DNA of 64,000 nucleotides from Eledone cirrhosa (lineage: Eukaryota): positions 309,380,001-309,444,000 of the forward strand of contig OZ024742.1 of assembly GCA_964016885.1 (NCBI GenBank), in the 5' to 3' direction. The first letter of the stretch is position 1, and every line of letters starts with the position of its first letter. The notes beneath the pieces are model-generated. The model searched no databases and had not been told where the DNA came from. It was given only the letters and a program-made list of their open reading frames with translations. The translations under genes were made by a program, and so were the position numbers. Of this stretch, positions 1 through 20,537 are shown in pieces.

Positions 1-6030
<6,030 letters not shown>

Positions 6031-6140
6031 AAATAACAGGTAGATTCCCAAAGAAGGTGACCACAGTTAAAAAGGCACTCTAGGTTAGTAGAGTATAAGC
6101 ATCTTTATTTTATATAGAAATGTATTCTACAGGACTAGAA

Positions 6141-6189
6141 CTGTTTCATTTGTATGAAATCATCAGATGATTTCATACGAATGAAACAG
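6141..6189. repeat. 49-bp palindrome centred on a decayed hammerhead core
   Basis: ctgtttcatttgtatgaaatcatc-a-gatgatttcatacgaatgaaacag; minus strand has CTGATGA...GAAA.cagttc.TA but no 5' strand for stem I. Confidence 0.6.
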
Positions 6190-6776
6190 CATATGCTTGC
6201 TGAATGCTAAGATGTAAACGCAACTTCCATGGCAGCATATCAACAAAAGCAAACTTTATTTTTAATTCAGACTTCTTGTCTGATGAAAACGTATGGAATA
6301 ATCATTGAATAATGACCTTTCTGTACCTTTGCATAACAAGATAATGGAATAGAACGATGTTGAATATGTGATACCATCTCTGTTCCTTTTCTTAATATCG
6401 GTACTCCGTCTGATACCATACATTTAATACCTTGTGGTATCTGAGACATTGAGTGCTTCCGCCCAATTACATTTTTCCTCGATTGATTGGATCAGCCAAC
6501 ACTGATTATCATAATAAGTACATATATATGATGATGATGATGAAGGATCACACTGTATAGACAGATGTTGTGCTGAAAAGGACCCGCCCAACCCATGCAA
6601 ATGATGATAATAACGATGTATATATATAAGATCCCGTTAAGAGTGAAAGCAGCGATTCTTTGCTTAAACTTTAATCTGTTATTTTAATAAATATTTGCTC
6701 TACGGTTCTTATATATTTGATATATATCTTCCTTATCGAGCCCTCTTTGGATTTTAGTCTTCTAATTTATTATTAT

Positions 6777-6827
<51 letters not shown>

Positions 6828-6830
<3 letters not shown>

Positions 6831-6890
6831 TAAAAAATGATGAAGATAGCAATATATATATATATATATCATAAAAAATGATGAAGATAA

Positions 6891-6956
<66 letters not shown>

Positions 6957-7086
6957 AAAAATTATGAAGATAACGATATATATATATATATATATATCAT
7001 CAAAAATGATGAAGATAACAATATATATATATATATATATAGATCACCAAAAATGATGAAGATAACGATATATATATATATATATA
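6828..7086. repeat. Compound minisatellite: ~25-bp unit (tcataaaaaatgatgaagataacga) x5 separated by variable (TA)n
   Basis: Units start near 6828, 6869, 6952, 6997 and 7043. Confidence 0.9.
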
Positions 7087-8168
7087 TGTCATCAAGAGAT
7101 ACAGTAAGACAATGTTTAGCATTTGTTTTCTAGCTTCACACTCAATGGCAATCAATCTTTGGCTGGTATTTGATATAAGCTACATATGATGTCTCTCTCC
7201 AGTATAACGGTTTACAAAAGGTAGGAAAACCAGTGATTTTCACATGTCATTGTGTGTTCTCTGTTATGTCTATATAAGACTTTTGGGGGTTCCATATATA
7301 TGCAGTACATGCTTGTGTATGTATACATGCTATTTTATTTTACTGTTTAGTCAAAGAGAGAAGGGTAGTACTCATGAGCAACTCCAGAGGCCTCCAAGAG
7401 TGACGTGAAGAAAAGAAGGAGGAATATTTTCTCAAACTGGGAACCAGTGCTAAATATTTGCAACAAAGTTGACTGCTAAAAGCCCTCAAAGAACTGCGCG
7501 GGGTGGGGCTTAAATTAGGCAACCAATTAAAGTCTACTACTCAAATGAGCCACTGTAAGATTTAAACTCAGAACTCAATGAACTGGAACAAACACTGCAA
7601 GGCATGTTGTCCAACACTAACAATTCTACAAATCCCCAGTACTTGACTAGTACTTTATTTTATCAAAAACAAAGCTGACCTCGGTGGGATTTGAAATCAG
7701 AGCTCAGAGCACTGTTTCAGAAAAAGAAAAAATATTTTTGATTTCAAAAACAATTTTAATCTGTGTTTTATGAATTTTTCATTTTTTTTTTTAAACAAAA
7801 ATCTTTGTATAAAGATTAGAAGATCATCATTTGTAATAATTGTATATTTATAAAATGAACTTATTAATTTCATCTCACTCAAAACTATAAATATATGATT
7901 ACAAGTTATACAGTAATAGTTAACAATTCAAAATATAAAGAATATACAACATTTACAAGTACCACTCTAGTACAGAAAATCATTAGAAGAGGCTCTCTTT
8001 GGTGTAATTATGAAAGATAAAAGGGGTCCTATGAGGGAGCCTGTTCTACACATACACATATACATATAAACATAGATATATATACATTAGACCCAATCAG
8101 TAAGTATAAAGAGAACTGGCTCTGTAAATAGTATTCACATTGCATATGTGTTGTGGGCAAAAGGAGGT

Positions 8169-8383
8169 TTAACCCTTTAGCATTTAAACCGGTCATATCC
8201 GGCCAGAATTCTCTCACCTCTTCTTTCTGTTGAAACCAGCTGTAACTGGCCACTCATATCGTCATTAAGGTATTGTTCTCAAAATAAATAATATCAAAAT
8301 CTCATAGATTTGATATATGAGGTAAAGCCTTTATCACGAAAATACAATAGTAAATATAGGGTAATTCAAAGCTAAAGGGTTAA
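8169..8383 (+). mobile_element. TTAA-flanked piggyBac-like MITE (~215-230 bp family)
   Basis: TTAA-CCCTTTAGC...GCTAAAGGG-TTAA termini; homologous copies at 23631, 32410, 39207-41765, 42473, 43236 and 44566. Confidence 0.85.
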
Positions 8384-8519
8384 TGAACAACTGTTTCCAA
8401 CACAGACAGGAAGCCTGTATAATTATTTTTGCTGAGGGGGTGGGTCAGGGAGTTAAATGGAAGTGTGTGAGTGACATTCAAGCCCTCCTCAGTGTTAGTG
8501 ACTATAATATTAATAGTAA

Positions 8520-10491
8520 TAATTATGATTTCTACTTTTTTAGGCACAAAGCCAGTAATTTGGGGAGGGGAAAGTCAGTTATATTAACCCTAGTATTTCA
8601 CTGGTACTTTATTCTATCGACCCCAGAAAGATAAAAGGCAAAGTTGACTTCGGCAGGATTTGAACTCAAATGTAGAAAGATTAAACTAAATGCCACAAGG
8701 CATTTTGTCCAACGCTCTACCAATACTGCCAATCCACTGCCCTTATTGTAGTCTACAACAACAACAATAATAATAATAATAATAACAGTAGTGGTAATTT
8801 GTAAAACAAATAAAAATAAAAAAAAAATGTTATAAAATGTCAGGATCTCAGGTGTAAAAATTGTCGCAATCACGTAGTCTGTAAAAGAGACAGATGTAAT
8901 ACCAGTAATAATAGGATCTCTCTTAGAAGGATCTGGAATGAATCATTAACTGAAATAGTGATACTCATTGAACAGAAAATGTTGAAAAACAAATATAATA
9001 GTAATAATTGTTTCTACTTTTGGCACGAGGCCATCAATTTGAAGTGAAGGGGAAAGTCAACTAAATCGACCCCAGTGCATTGTTGGTACTTTATTTTATT
9101 GACTCCATAAGGATGAAAGGCAAAGCTAACCTCGATGGGATTTGAACTCATAATAATAATAATTGTTTCTACTTTTGGCACAAGGCCAGCAATTATTCCA
9201 GTGCATTACTGGTACTTTATTTTATCGACCCTGTAAGGATGAAAGGCAAAGTTAACCTTGAACTCAGAACGTAAAGGGCCGTAACTCTATGCTGCAAAGC
9301 ATGGCGTCTGACCCTCTACCGATACTGCCAATAATGGTTTCTGATGTAGGCACAAAGTCAAACAATTTTTTGGGGATGGGAAAGTTCATTAAATTGACCT
9401 CAGTACGTTACTGGTGCTCTTTATTTTATCGACCCCATAAAGATGAAAGGCAAAGCTAATCTCAGTGGGATTTGAACTCATAATAATAATGATGATGATT
9501 TCCTGGAGACCGAAAAAAGTAGATGGCTTTTCAAAGAAACATATTTTCAAATTTGTCCAATGCTTTGTACACACACACACACACACACATATCAGCAGAA
9601 AACATACACAGTTACAACTGATGAACAAACAACTGCATCTTTACTTCATCAGCTACCTTGATGGCATGAAATTTCACACATTTCAAGCTTATATATCCCA
9701 GTTTTTCAGAATAAGATTACTGTATTCTTGCATGTCATAAGAGGTGGCTAAAGAGTTGGCATTAGGAAGGGGCATCCAGGTGTAAAACATTGTCTCAAAG
9801 AATCCCATCCAACCCATGCCAGTATGGAAAAATGGACATAAAAGCAATGTTATACATATATAATTTATCCAATTTTCCCAACTATTATTTATAGTGATCA
9901 ACTATTTTTACAGCTATTTTTTACAGTTAGGACACTCACATTTCAAATTTCAAACACTTCCAGTGCTTCAATAATTCATAAGGTGTATAATAAGAGTAAT
10001 AATTGTTTCTAATTCAGGCACAATGCCAATAATTTGTGGGGAAATAACTACTTGAAAAGTCTTGAAGTTTCAATGGGATTAACCCTAATGCTGCAATCAC
10101 AACTGGTATCACTTTTATATTACCCTTTTGCATTCCATACAAACTTGCCATCTACACTTTCAATTTAGAATACTTGGGATTTTTTTCAATGCCTTTTCTC
10201 ATATTATTATTTAGTGGTCACTGTTCTGCCCTATATGTCAGCCCTTGTGGCCAATAAATGAAACCATTATTATTATTATTATTATTATTCCTTGTGGCAA
10301 ATAAAAAGAAATAAAAAGAAATATTTTTAACATGGGCACAAGCCCACACATTTGGGGGTAATGTTTTGTCAATTATAAATCAACTTGACTGGTACTTATT
10401 TTATTGACACCCTCTCCCCAAAGGATGAAAAGCAAAGAATTGACCTCACTGGGATTTGAACTCAAAATGTCACATATATATATAATTGGTC

Positions 10492-10551
<60 letters not shown>

Positions 10552-12321
10552 TAACAGATTAAAACTATTTTAAGATATATTACAATAAATTATTTTCACT
10601 AGCTATAAGGTCTAGTTTATTTATTTATTTATTGTAATGGAGTCGATTTAGTTGAATGAATGAATCAAAAAATAAATTTAAAAACCCTAGTATATTACTG
10701 GGAGTTATTTTATTGACCCCTGATAGTTTGAAAGGCAAAATTAACTGAAACTGGATTTCAATTGGTAATATAGAAGACAAAAGAGATTAAATAATGTAAG
10801 GCAATTTTAGTTCAGTGATCTGTTTTTGCCAACAAACTGCCATTGCTGCTACTGCTGCTGTTACTACAACTACTACTACTACTACTACTACAGAAACAAC
10901 TATAATGATTTCTTACATAGGCACAAGGAAACAAAATTTTGAAAGAATGGTGTAGAGTTATTTAATTGACACCAGTAACATAACCAGTACTTATTTTATC
11001 AAGCCCTGAAGGATGTAAACCAAAGTCATCCATGGAGGGATTTCAACATAAAAATGTAAAAGGGACGTAACAAAATACCATAAGGCATTTTTGTCCAATG
11101 TTATATTTGTTTTGCCATCCACTACTTTTACTACAACAACAACAATAAAGAAATTAAAATCTACTGACTTGAAGATCAAAATTGCACGAATGTAGTCAAT
11201 ACTAGCTAACAACATCAAGATAAGTCCAGTTGACATCGGATCTGTGGGCTTGATACTACTAAAACTAAGAAGGTATCTTAAGCAAATAGACCTTGAATGA
11301 CAAATTGCTCTCCTAAGAAAAGAAAAACGCCCTGTTGGGCACTGAACATACTCACGAAAATACTATCTGTCTAAGGTCCTTGATGAGACTCGACAGACAA
11401 TAGAAGAACCAGAATTATTATATTTACTGAGAAAACCATCAATAATAATAATATTAATGATTTCTACTATAGGCACGAGGCCAGCAATTTTAGGGTAGGA
11501 GGAAGACGATTAAATCGACCCCAGTGCATTACTGGTGCTTTATTTTATCGACCCCCCGTAAGGATGAAAGGCAAAGTTAACCTCGGCGGGATTTGAACTC
11601 AGATCATGAAGGGCCATAACTCTATGCTGCAAAGCATGGCGTCCGACGCTCTAACAATACTGCCAATCCACCGCCCTTTAATGCAGTGATAATAATAATA
11701 ATGTTTTCTTTATTAACCACAAAGGGTCTACCAAAAAATACATTAAGGACAAGACGGCACAAGACGGTACAAATATGGGTTTCTTCATATAAAAAACAGA
11801 AGGAAAGAAAAACAAAAGATATAACAAAAAAATGGAAACAAATGAAAAATGACCAAAGTGAGGAGACTACCAAGGGCTACTCGTGGAGAAAGCCCACAAA
11901 AGCCACGGTCACCCTGACTGCTAGGGCAAGTGCCCTCTCCCAGTTGTCCTCCCAATAATAATTGTTTCTACTTTTGGCACAAGGCCAGCAGTTACCCCAG
12001 TGCATTACTGGTACTTTATTTTATTGACCCCGTAAGGATGAAAGGCAAAGTTAACCTCGGCGGGATTTGAACTCAGAATGTCAAGGGCTGTAACTCTTTG
12101 CTGCAAAGCATGGCGTCTGACCCTCTACCAATACTGCCAATCCACCGCCCATGTCCTAATAATAATAATAATTGTTTCTACTTTTGGCACAAGGCCAGTA
12201 ATTACGCCAGTGCATTACTGGTGCTTTATTTTATCGACCCCATAAGGATGAAAGGTCAAGTTAACCTTGACGGAATTTGAACTCAGATCATAAAGGTCTG
12301 TAACTCTATGCTGCAAAGCAT
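8520..12321 (-). mobile_element. Cluster of about 11 co-oriented copies or fragments of tRNA-derived SINE family A
   Basis: Minus strand has A box TGGCAGTATCGG, B box GAGTTCAAATCC, body GCCTTTCATCCTTACGGGGTCGATAAAATAAAGTACCAG and (ATT)n tail; copies near 8520, 9003, 9157, 9331, 10000, 10330, 10640, 10905, 11455, 11956 and 12165. Confidence 0.85.
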
Positions 12322-12954
12322 TATTAATAATAATAAACTGTGAGTTTTGTTAATTTGTATAAAAAAGGTAAGAGAAAATCTAAGGAGTGGGGCGAATAAA
12401 TTTGTTTTATTGAGAAAAATACTGGGATTCATTACACTTAGTATGTAGGTGCCAAGATAAATAATATAAAATTTGGCAGTCTCAATATGTAGGAGGTGTG
12501 CATATATGGGGCCCATAAGGTGGAATTCAGTTGGTACAATTGATTTGGCCCCTGGAAAACCAAGGTGAGAACTGTGAATATCCGACATGCCACATCTTGA
12601 AAAAAAAAAAGAAATAACTCTCAGACTCCTTAAAATTTGAGAAAAGATCTCATTTTAGCTGGGGACTGAAAGCAATCTTGTTCCACTTTCTCAGAGGCCC
12701 TGTGCACAGGCATGCGTCAATACGCACGCATGAGTGTGGGTGCATGTGTTCACATGTATTCATGTCTGTGTATAAATGTGTTTGCCAGCACTTGGCAAAA
12801 GATAAACCCATATATTTCAAATGTAGGAGAATGAAATAAGAGTAGATGGCTCGATAAAGCCTCTATATTGGAATTGATTGTTTATATAAATGCATAGGGA
12901 GCAAACAGGGTCTGTATGAACACATTTATCTCTTTGTGTGTGTATGCCTATATA

Positions 12955-12996
<42 letters not shown>

Positions 12997-13079
12997 CGAC
13001 TGTCGATATATATTATATACTAGAGTGTGATTTCATATTACGAAAGAATGAGCCCTCGATATCTAAACATAATGGTATT

Positions 13080-13119
<40 letters not shown>

Positions 13120-13212
13120 ATAATAATAAATTTGAAGACTAAAATCCAAAGAGGGCTCGTTAAGGGTGAAAGCAGCGATTCTTTGCTTAAACTTTAATCT
13201 GTTATTTAATAA

Positions 13213-14090
<878 letters not shown>

Positions 14091-14535
14091 CTGCCAAGTG
14101 CTGGCAAGGGCATCCGGCCGTGAAACACTGCCTCAAAAAGGACCTCATAATGAATATAAAATCTATCAAGGGGTCTGCAAGGCTAACTCTTGCTTTAGTA
14201 GTGAAACTGGCCTTAAGATAATTATTGTTTTTGTGTATAGATACTATATGTATTCAGGTATAAGTAAATCACACAGCATGGTGGGTTTTCACGTCACATT
14301 TTTGTGTAAAAAGGTGCAACTTATTCATGAATATACACAATATACATTTACGTGTAAATATTTATGGATACATGTTTGTGTGTGTGTGTGTGAAATAAAT
14401 ATGTGTATTAATGTATATACATATACATATATACATATTTAGGGGTTGTAATGTCCAGTTAGTGTAGGTTCACCAGAGAGAGCACTCGATGCGTAATTTC
14501 CAATAATTATAGAGGTGTAGTACTAAGCAGAGTGT

Positions 14536-14754
14536 AATATTTATAATAAAAAGGACGATTTGTTAGGACTTCATTTATTGAGTAGTGACACGCGTTTTGC
14601 TATTGATCGGCTCAAGGTTCCACAAGCCTTTGATTCCAGAGTCAGGCCAGAGATCAATACAGTTTGAACCTTGAGCTGATCTATAACAAACGTGTGTCAC
14701 TACTCAATAAACATAATGAAGACCTAACAAATCATCCTTTTTATTATTAATATT
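14536..14754. repeat. Imperfect fold-back palindrome, ~85-bp arms
   Basis: Left arm aataaaaaggacgatttgttagg...gctcaaggttc pairs with right arm gaaccttgagc...cctaacaaatcatcctttttatt. Confidence 0.9.
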
Positions 14755-15249
14755 GAAGATGGATGAGTTGCATAACATCAACTGCTTTTCTCATATTACG
14801 TCATGGTTAACATTGCAGAATGACCAATTCTACCCAGTGGTAAACCACCAAATTTAAACGTGTATATATATATATATATATATATAATAAGCAAGCTGTT
14901 AGAAAATACATGAGTCTGAAGAGATGTTAATTCCAGTGTCAGGCTTTATCTTGACCAATCATACCTTGAACTGTTGAACTGATTGATTGCAAGACAACAC
15001 ACGTCACATGTGAATAAAATATGTATATGGTGCTACATTGATACTTTATTCCCACTTGCTTATTATTAACGCTCTGTATGTTACTGCTGCCAATAACCAG
15101 TGACGATACAAATGACGAATCCTACATTGGTAGCAGGATCCATGTAATAGTATTGATTGCTCAAACTGGTGAACGATCAGTAACTTAACAAAACATGCCA
15201 ACCAACTATATATATATATATATATATATATACATACATATATGTAGTA

Positions 15250-15288
<39 letters not shown>

Positions 15289-15361
15289 ATATATACACAT
15301 ATATGTAGTAATTTATATATATATATTTATATACACACACATACATAAATATATTTACATA

Positions 15362-15546
15362 TACAGGTAAAATTCCGTTATAACAAATACCATTATAATG
15401 AATTTTTCAGTATAGTGAAATTGTGTTCAATACTCGAGATAACAGACAGTCAACTGGTTTCAGTCAATCTCGTTATAAAGAATGTTTTGTTACAACAAAT
15501 TTTTTTTTGTACCCAGTGAATTTCGTTATAACGGAATTTCGCTGTA
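15362..15546. mobile_element. Tc1/mariner (pogo/Tigger-like) MITE with TA target duplication
   Basis: TA-CAGgtAAAATTCCGTTATAAC ... GTTATAACGGAATTTCGCTG-TA; internal repeats of the cgttataa motif. Confidence 0.75.
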
Positions 15547-15597
15547 TACACATACATACATCTATACACAGCTATTTTATATATATATATATATAGC

Positions 15598-15639
<42 letters not shown>

Positions 15640-16156
15640 TATATATACATACACATTTCTGTAGATAAATAGAAAAAGAGGCATTGTTGTGGTTTTGTAT
15701 AACAGGGGGCACTTTGTAAAAAAAAAACATTGCATCATTTAGTGCATACACCGCTAGTAAATATGCAATTAGTATAATTAACAAGTAATAAAACAGTTTC
15801 ATTTTCAACTTCCCCACCCCACATTCTTTTTTTCTCTTTTAGTGCAATAATAATAATCCCTGTTATTCTAGAGAGTTCCAGAAATAGAGATTGCCATGTA
15901 TAATAGCCCTGTCTTATTTAAGTCTCCTCAATCAAATAATACATTGATAAGAATCACTGCATCATCTTCAGTTTTATTCTACTGATACGACTGTCACTAC
16001 TACTACTACTACTACTGCTACTACTACTACTACTACTACTGCTGCTGCTGTTACTGCTATTATTACTACTGTCAAACTGTTATCGCTATCCTATCCTTTC
16101 CACGAACAGGTCAATAAACAGGTTTGCATGTGTTTGTCTTTCAATAACAGTATCTG

Positions 16157-16206
<50 letters not shown>

Positions 16207-16312
16207 TACACACATGATGAGAAACTGATAACTAAATATTTACTAGATTTGAAATGTACAAGTGTAGGAAATTTTGATTATATAATATATGTGTGTGTGT
16301 ATATATATATAT

Positions 16313-16468
16313 ATACAATATGTTGAAAAGGTAACACACCAGAGAGAGAGATATACAGTGCGCTATCAATAAAACAGATTCCATACACTGGTGGTTTTTT
16401 TCCCTGTTTTATTGATAGCGCACTGTATATCTCTCTCTCTGGTGTGTTACCTTTTCAACATATTGTAT
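16313..16468. repeat. Perfect 65-bp-arm inverted repeat with 26-nt spacer, abutting (TA)n
   Basis: 16313-16377 is the exact reverse complement of 16404-16468. Confidence 0.95.
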
Positions 16469-16548
16469 TTTAAAGAGCTCAGGATTTCTTCTCCTTTGAG
16501 CACATTATTTACAGGGAATTGCGAGGGCCTATGGCTCCATTAATTTAT

Positions 16549-16602
<54 letters not shown>

Positions 16603-17751
16603 CTACTTTCCATTCACAATCAGAAGATCTCATTATTCAATGCCCCTCTTCAGCAAGCTCTGAGAAGTAAATTGAGGGAAAGCAGGAATGCCACAGGAAG
16701 GGGTGAAGGACCAAGTGCATGTTAGTGAAGGTGGACAGCCAAGGTTTTGCAGCACATTCCCATAGCAAAGCCTACAGAACTGTGGGCATTTTGGGAGCAA
16801 ACTGGAGGAGAGTCATCAAAACAAATATGGAAGCTGTAGAGAGGGCATGTACATAGATATGACTGAAGAGAATTGGTTGGATCTATAGTATGGTCCCACC
16901 CTTGTAAGCAGGGAAAAGCAGACGTAAAATGATGATGATGATGCAACTTAGACACATACTGAGACTTGATCAATCTTGGTTGGGTCACCTGGTAAAGGGT
17001 GACTATGTTGTAAGACACCCAGTGACTCCAGGACACAAAACTGATGATGTATCCAAGGCTTTGCATCTGTGGGAGTGTGAAAAACTTCCTGTAATTCAAA
17101 TCTCTAAGGGTCACACTGATTCTACAAGAGGATTACCAGCAAGATTACATGTGTCTGTAGAATATTCAGACATTTACATGGTAATTCAATGAGCAGGTAC
17201 ATCCATTGATTAAACAATGAGAATACACATCATCAAAATAGATTTGAAATCTTTGGCTGTGTCAAAGACATGATAACCTCTCTAGTACTGGTGACACAAG
17301 ATGCATTAAGTAAAGCGCAAGAATGTATGCAAGTGAGATGTAGACCCCCAGCCTATCTGAGAGGTCAGTAGCTCTGCTTGAGTACTGACTCAGTCTGTGA
17401 AGACCCATCCAACCCTTGTTAACAAGGAAGACAAATGTTAAATAATGATGAACACAATGACATGCAAACACAGACACACACACTCTCATTTTTTTTTTAT
17501 TCACGGTCATTTTACTAAAAAGTGTCACAGTGTGCCAGTATTTATCACTAATTTTTTACAATGTCAGAAAATGGAGAGAAATGTAGCCTCTCTTTTTCTC
17601 TCTTTGTAAGGAACACATGTCAATCATACTTTGCACTTCATCAAGAGGAATCAAATTTGTGACTGAAAACTAATGTAAAAATCATTGCTTATGATTTACA
17701 GTTAAGTGTAGTGGGCTATTTTATTAGTAAGTTCTAATGGACACAGAATGT

Positions 17752-17963
17752 GAAGGCACGTGGCCTAGTGGTAAGGGTGTTGGATTTACGATCATAATGC
17801 CGTGGGTTTGATTCTGTGGCTGGGTTGCATGTTGTGTTTTTGAGCAAAACACTTCATTTCAAATTGCTCCAGTATACTCAACTGAAAATGAGTGCCAGCA
17901 ATAGCTGGATGTCTAACCCTGTGATGGACTGGCGTCCTATCCCTTGGATGGATAGGACGCCAG
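17752..17963 (+). mobile_element. tRNA-derived CORE-like SINE (family B) ending in a 14-bp hairpin
   Basis: A box TGGCCTAGTGG, B-box-like GGTTTGATTC, CORE-like ttgagcaaaacacttcatttc; second copy on minus strand at ~42240-42387. Confidence 0.65.
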
Positions 17964-17964
17964 C

Positions 17965-18300
17965 ATAGTCAAACTGTTAAGAAGCCCACTTCATAAGTTC
18001 CAGACTCAGTCCCACAGCATTACATCTTGGGCAAGTGTTTTTTATCATAGTCTTGAATTGACTCAAGCCATGTGGGTGAAATAGGATAGGTGGAAACTGT
18101 TTGGAAGCCCATCGGATGGACTGTGCCCCTAATGCAAAAGGAGCAGGCGTTTCATTCACTGGTCACGCTGAATCTTCCTGAGAATTATAATAAAAGTATA
18201 TGTGTCTGTGGAATACACAACCACTTGCATATTAATTCAATGAGTAGATAGAATTATTAATTAAACAACTGGAATGCTCATCATCAAAACTGACAGAGAT
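17965..18300 (+). mobile_element. SINE-like family C copy
   Basis: Shares ggaaactgtttggaagcc...gtcacgctgaatc...tgtctgtggaata with copies at 17085-17240, 43150-43600(-), 49290-49610(-) and 54600-55930. Confidence 0.65.
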
Positions 18301-20117
18301 CCATTTAATATTTCTGTAACCTTTGCCAAGGGAATACAAACATTCAACAAACAAACTTTCAAATTGGAGGTTGACATTTTATCAAACATGTTTTCATTAT
18401 AAACAGTTTTTTAGAAATGTAAATACAATATCAGGTCATCAGATCAGATAAGATCATATTCACAAGATCAATTTATCTGGTCAAATCATCTGATTAAATC
18501 AGTGGTTCCCTTCCTGGGGTCAATGAAATTCAGGGGTCCGCAAAGGTATTACTGAGGATATGTGTGCTAAGTTCAAAATTTCAAGTACCTTAACAACATA
18601 GCATACAATCATTCTGACCTGATTGTTAACATAATTCCAATATAGACATTATTTAGTAATCATTTTTCTCTAAGTATAAACATTTCCCTCTTTCGATTGT
18701 TATTCTTGCCATATAACAATCCGGTGGGTAATTTTAGCTGGGGCTCCATGGGGAAATTATTTCTCTCACATCTCAACTGAAGATAAGATATATATATATA
18801 TATATATATAAATGGACATAAAAACGATGATGATGATATATATATATACACACATGCATATATATAGTTGAACATATAAATCAAAGGAAACATAGGGATG
18901 CAAAAATACAAAGTCTTATTAGGATCACACTTAAGAGGAAGTAGAGATATCATTATCTGAGTGTGAAATGTAATTAAGAAAGAATGGGCCACAATATGTA
19001 AACATAGAAGTAGTTTATATTACTTAAAATACATGCCAACTAAGTATATGTTTTGTATCTACAATTATGCCATAATTATCCGGATATCATCATGAAACTC
19101 TGAGTAATCTACATAAACATATACTTTGTTGCAATGTATTTTAAGATTTTAAGTAACACACACACATATATATATGGGCAAGGTTTTTGATAATACTGAT
19201 AATAATTGTTTCTACTTTAGGCACAAGGCCAGCAATTACCCAGTGCATTACTGGTACTTTATTTTATCGACCCCGTAAGGATGAAAGGCAAAGTCAACCT
19301 CGGCGGGATTTGAACTCAGATCGTAAAGGGACGTAACTGATAATAATATCAATAACACAGAAAAAAAGAAAGCCATCACTCCCGTCCCTCCCATATCACC
19401 CAACAAAAAATAACTATTTTCAAACATAAATGAATTTAAGATACAGAACATTTTCATTTGTAACAAATACATTATATTAACGCATAACTGACATAAAGCA
19501 ATGATGATGATGATGATGATGTATAACAAATTACAGTTAAAAATAAATATATAATAAATTATATACAAATATATATTAAATACATGTGTATATGTACAGG
19601 CATGCATACATCACATATATACATATGTACATCTACACACACATACATAATTTATTTTATATCACTGCCATTTTTTTTATATAAAATAAATTATTCCACA
19701 TAAATTATTCTACTCCATGCATAGAGGTCTATATCAGATAATGTTTACAATGTGTCTAACATATATCAGTATATGTTTTACAATAACAACATTATGATAT
19801 ATATATATATATAACACACCCAGTACACACTGTAAAGTGGTTGGTAATAAGAAGGACATCCAGCCATAGAAAATTTGCCAAACAAAGACATGACAACCTC
19901 CCTAGTGCTGGTGTCACAAAAATGCACTTGGGACAATAGAAAGAGAGAATGTATGTATGTGAGCAGAAATGTATATAAGCAAGATGCAAATCACATTATC
20001 TGAGAGGTCAGCAGTTCCAATTAAGTACTGACATGATCTGTGGTGGTCCATTCAAAACTTGGTGGCAAGGAAAACAGACATTAAATGATTAGATGATGGT
20101 GATGTTGATGAACTACG

Positions 20118-20179
<62 letters not shown>

Positions 20180-20236
20180 TATATAAACAAGAAGTGTAAG
20201 TCAACAGGTTAAAATCAACTTCGTTTATTCATATTT

Positions 20237-20295
20237 GCAGTTATATATATTTCGGTGATAGCTATTATGAAATAGCTATAACCTCATCAGACAGC
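20237..20295 (-). ncRNA. Minimal type I hammerhead ribozyme motif (left arm)
   Basis: GCUGU-CUGAUGA-GGUUAUAGCUAUU(UCAU)AAUAGCUAUCACC-GAAA-U(AUAU)A-UA^ACUGC; near-perfect stem II, one mismatch in stem I. Confidence 0.8.
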
Positions 20296-20478
20296 TAGAA
20301 TTTGAACAGAAAAAACAGAAAAACATAACAATGGAATAAAGTTTACTTCTGTTATTTCAACCAGTGCTTTGAGAAAACAACACCAAACTTCAGCACTGAG
20401 CATCTCAAAAAAATAAAAATAACAGAAGTAAACTTTATTCTATTGTTATGTGTTTCTGTTTTTTCTGTTCAAATTCTA

Positions 20479-20537
20479 GCTGTCTGATGAGGTCATAGCT
20501 GTTGCATAATTTTTATCACCGAAATATATATAACAGC
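20479..20537 (+). ncRNA. Minimal type I hammerhead ribozyme motif (right arm)
   Basis: GCUGU-CUGAUGA-GGU...ACC-GAAA-U(AUAU)A-UA^ACAGC; perfect 5-bp stem I, stem II partly decayed, AATAAA just downstream. Confidence 0.8.

Noticed and set aside
6267-6449. 60-aa ORF next to the hammerhead-like palindrome as a possible GIY-YIG remnant
   Set aside because: No GIY-YIG or RT motif recognisable
6828-7086. CRISPR-like repeat-spacer look (also 46786-47192 and 36885-37385)
   Set aside because: Spacers are TA runs or absent; eukaryotic context; no cas genes
11455-11676. tRNA genes suggested by A/B boxes in many repeats
   Set aside because: These are SINE heads continuing into body and tail sequence, with no complete cloverleaf
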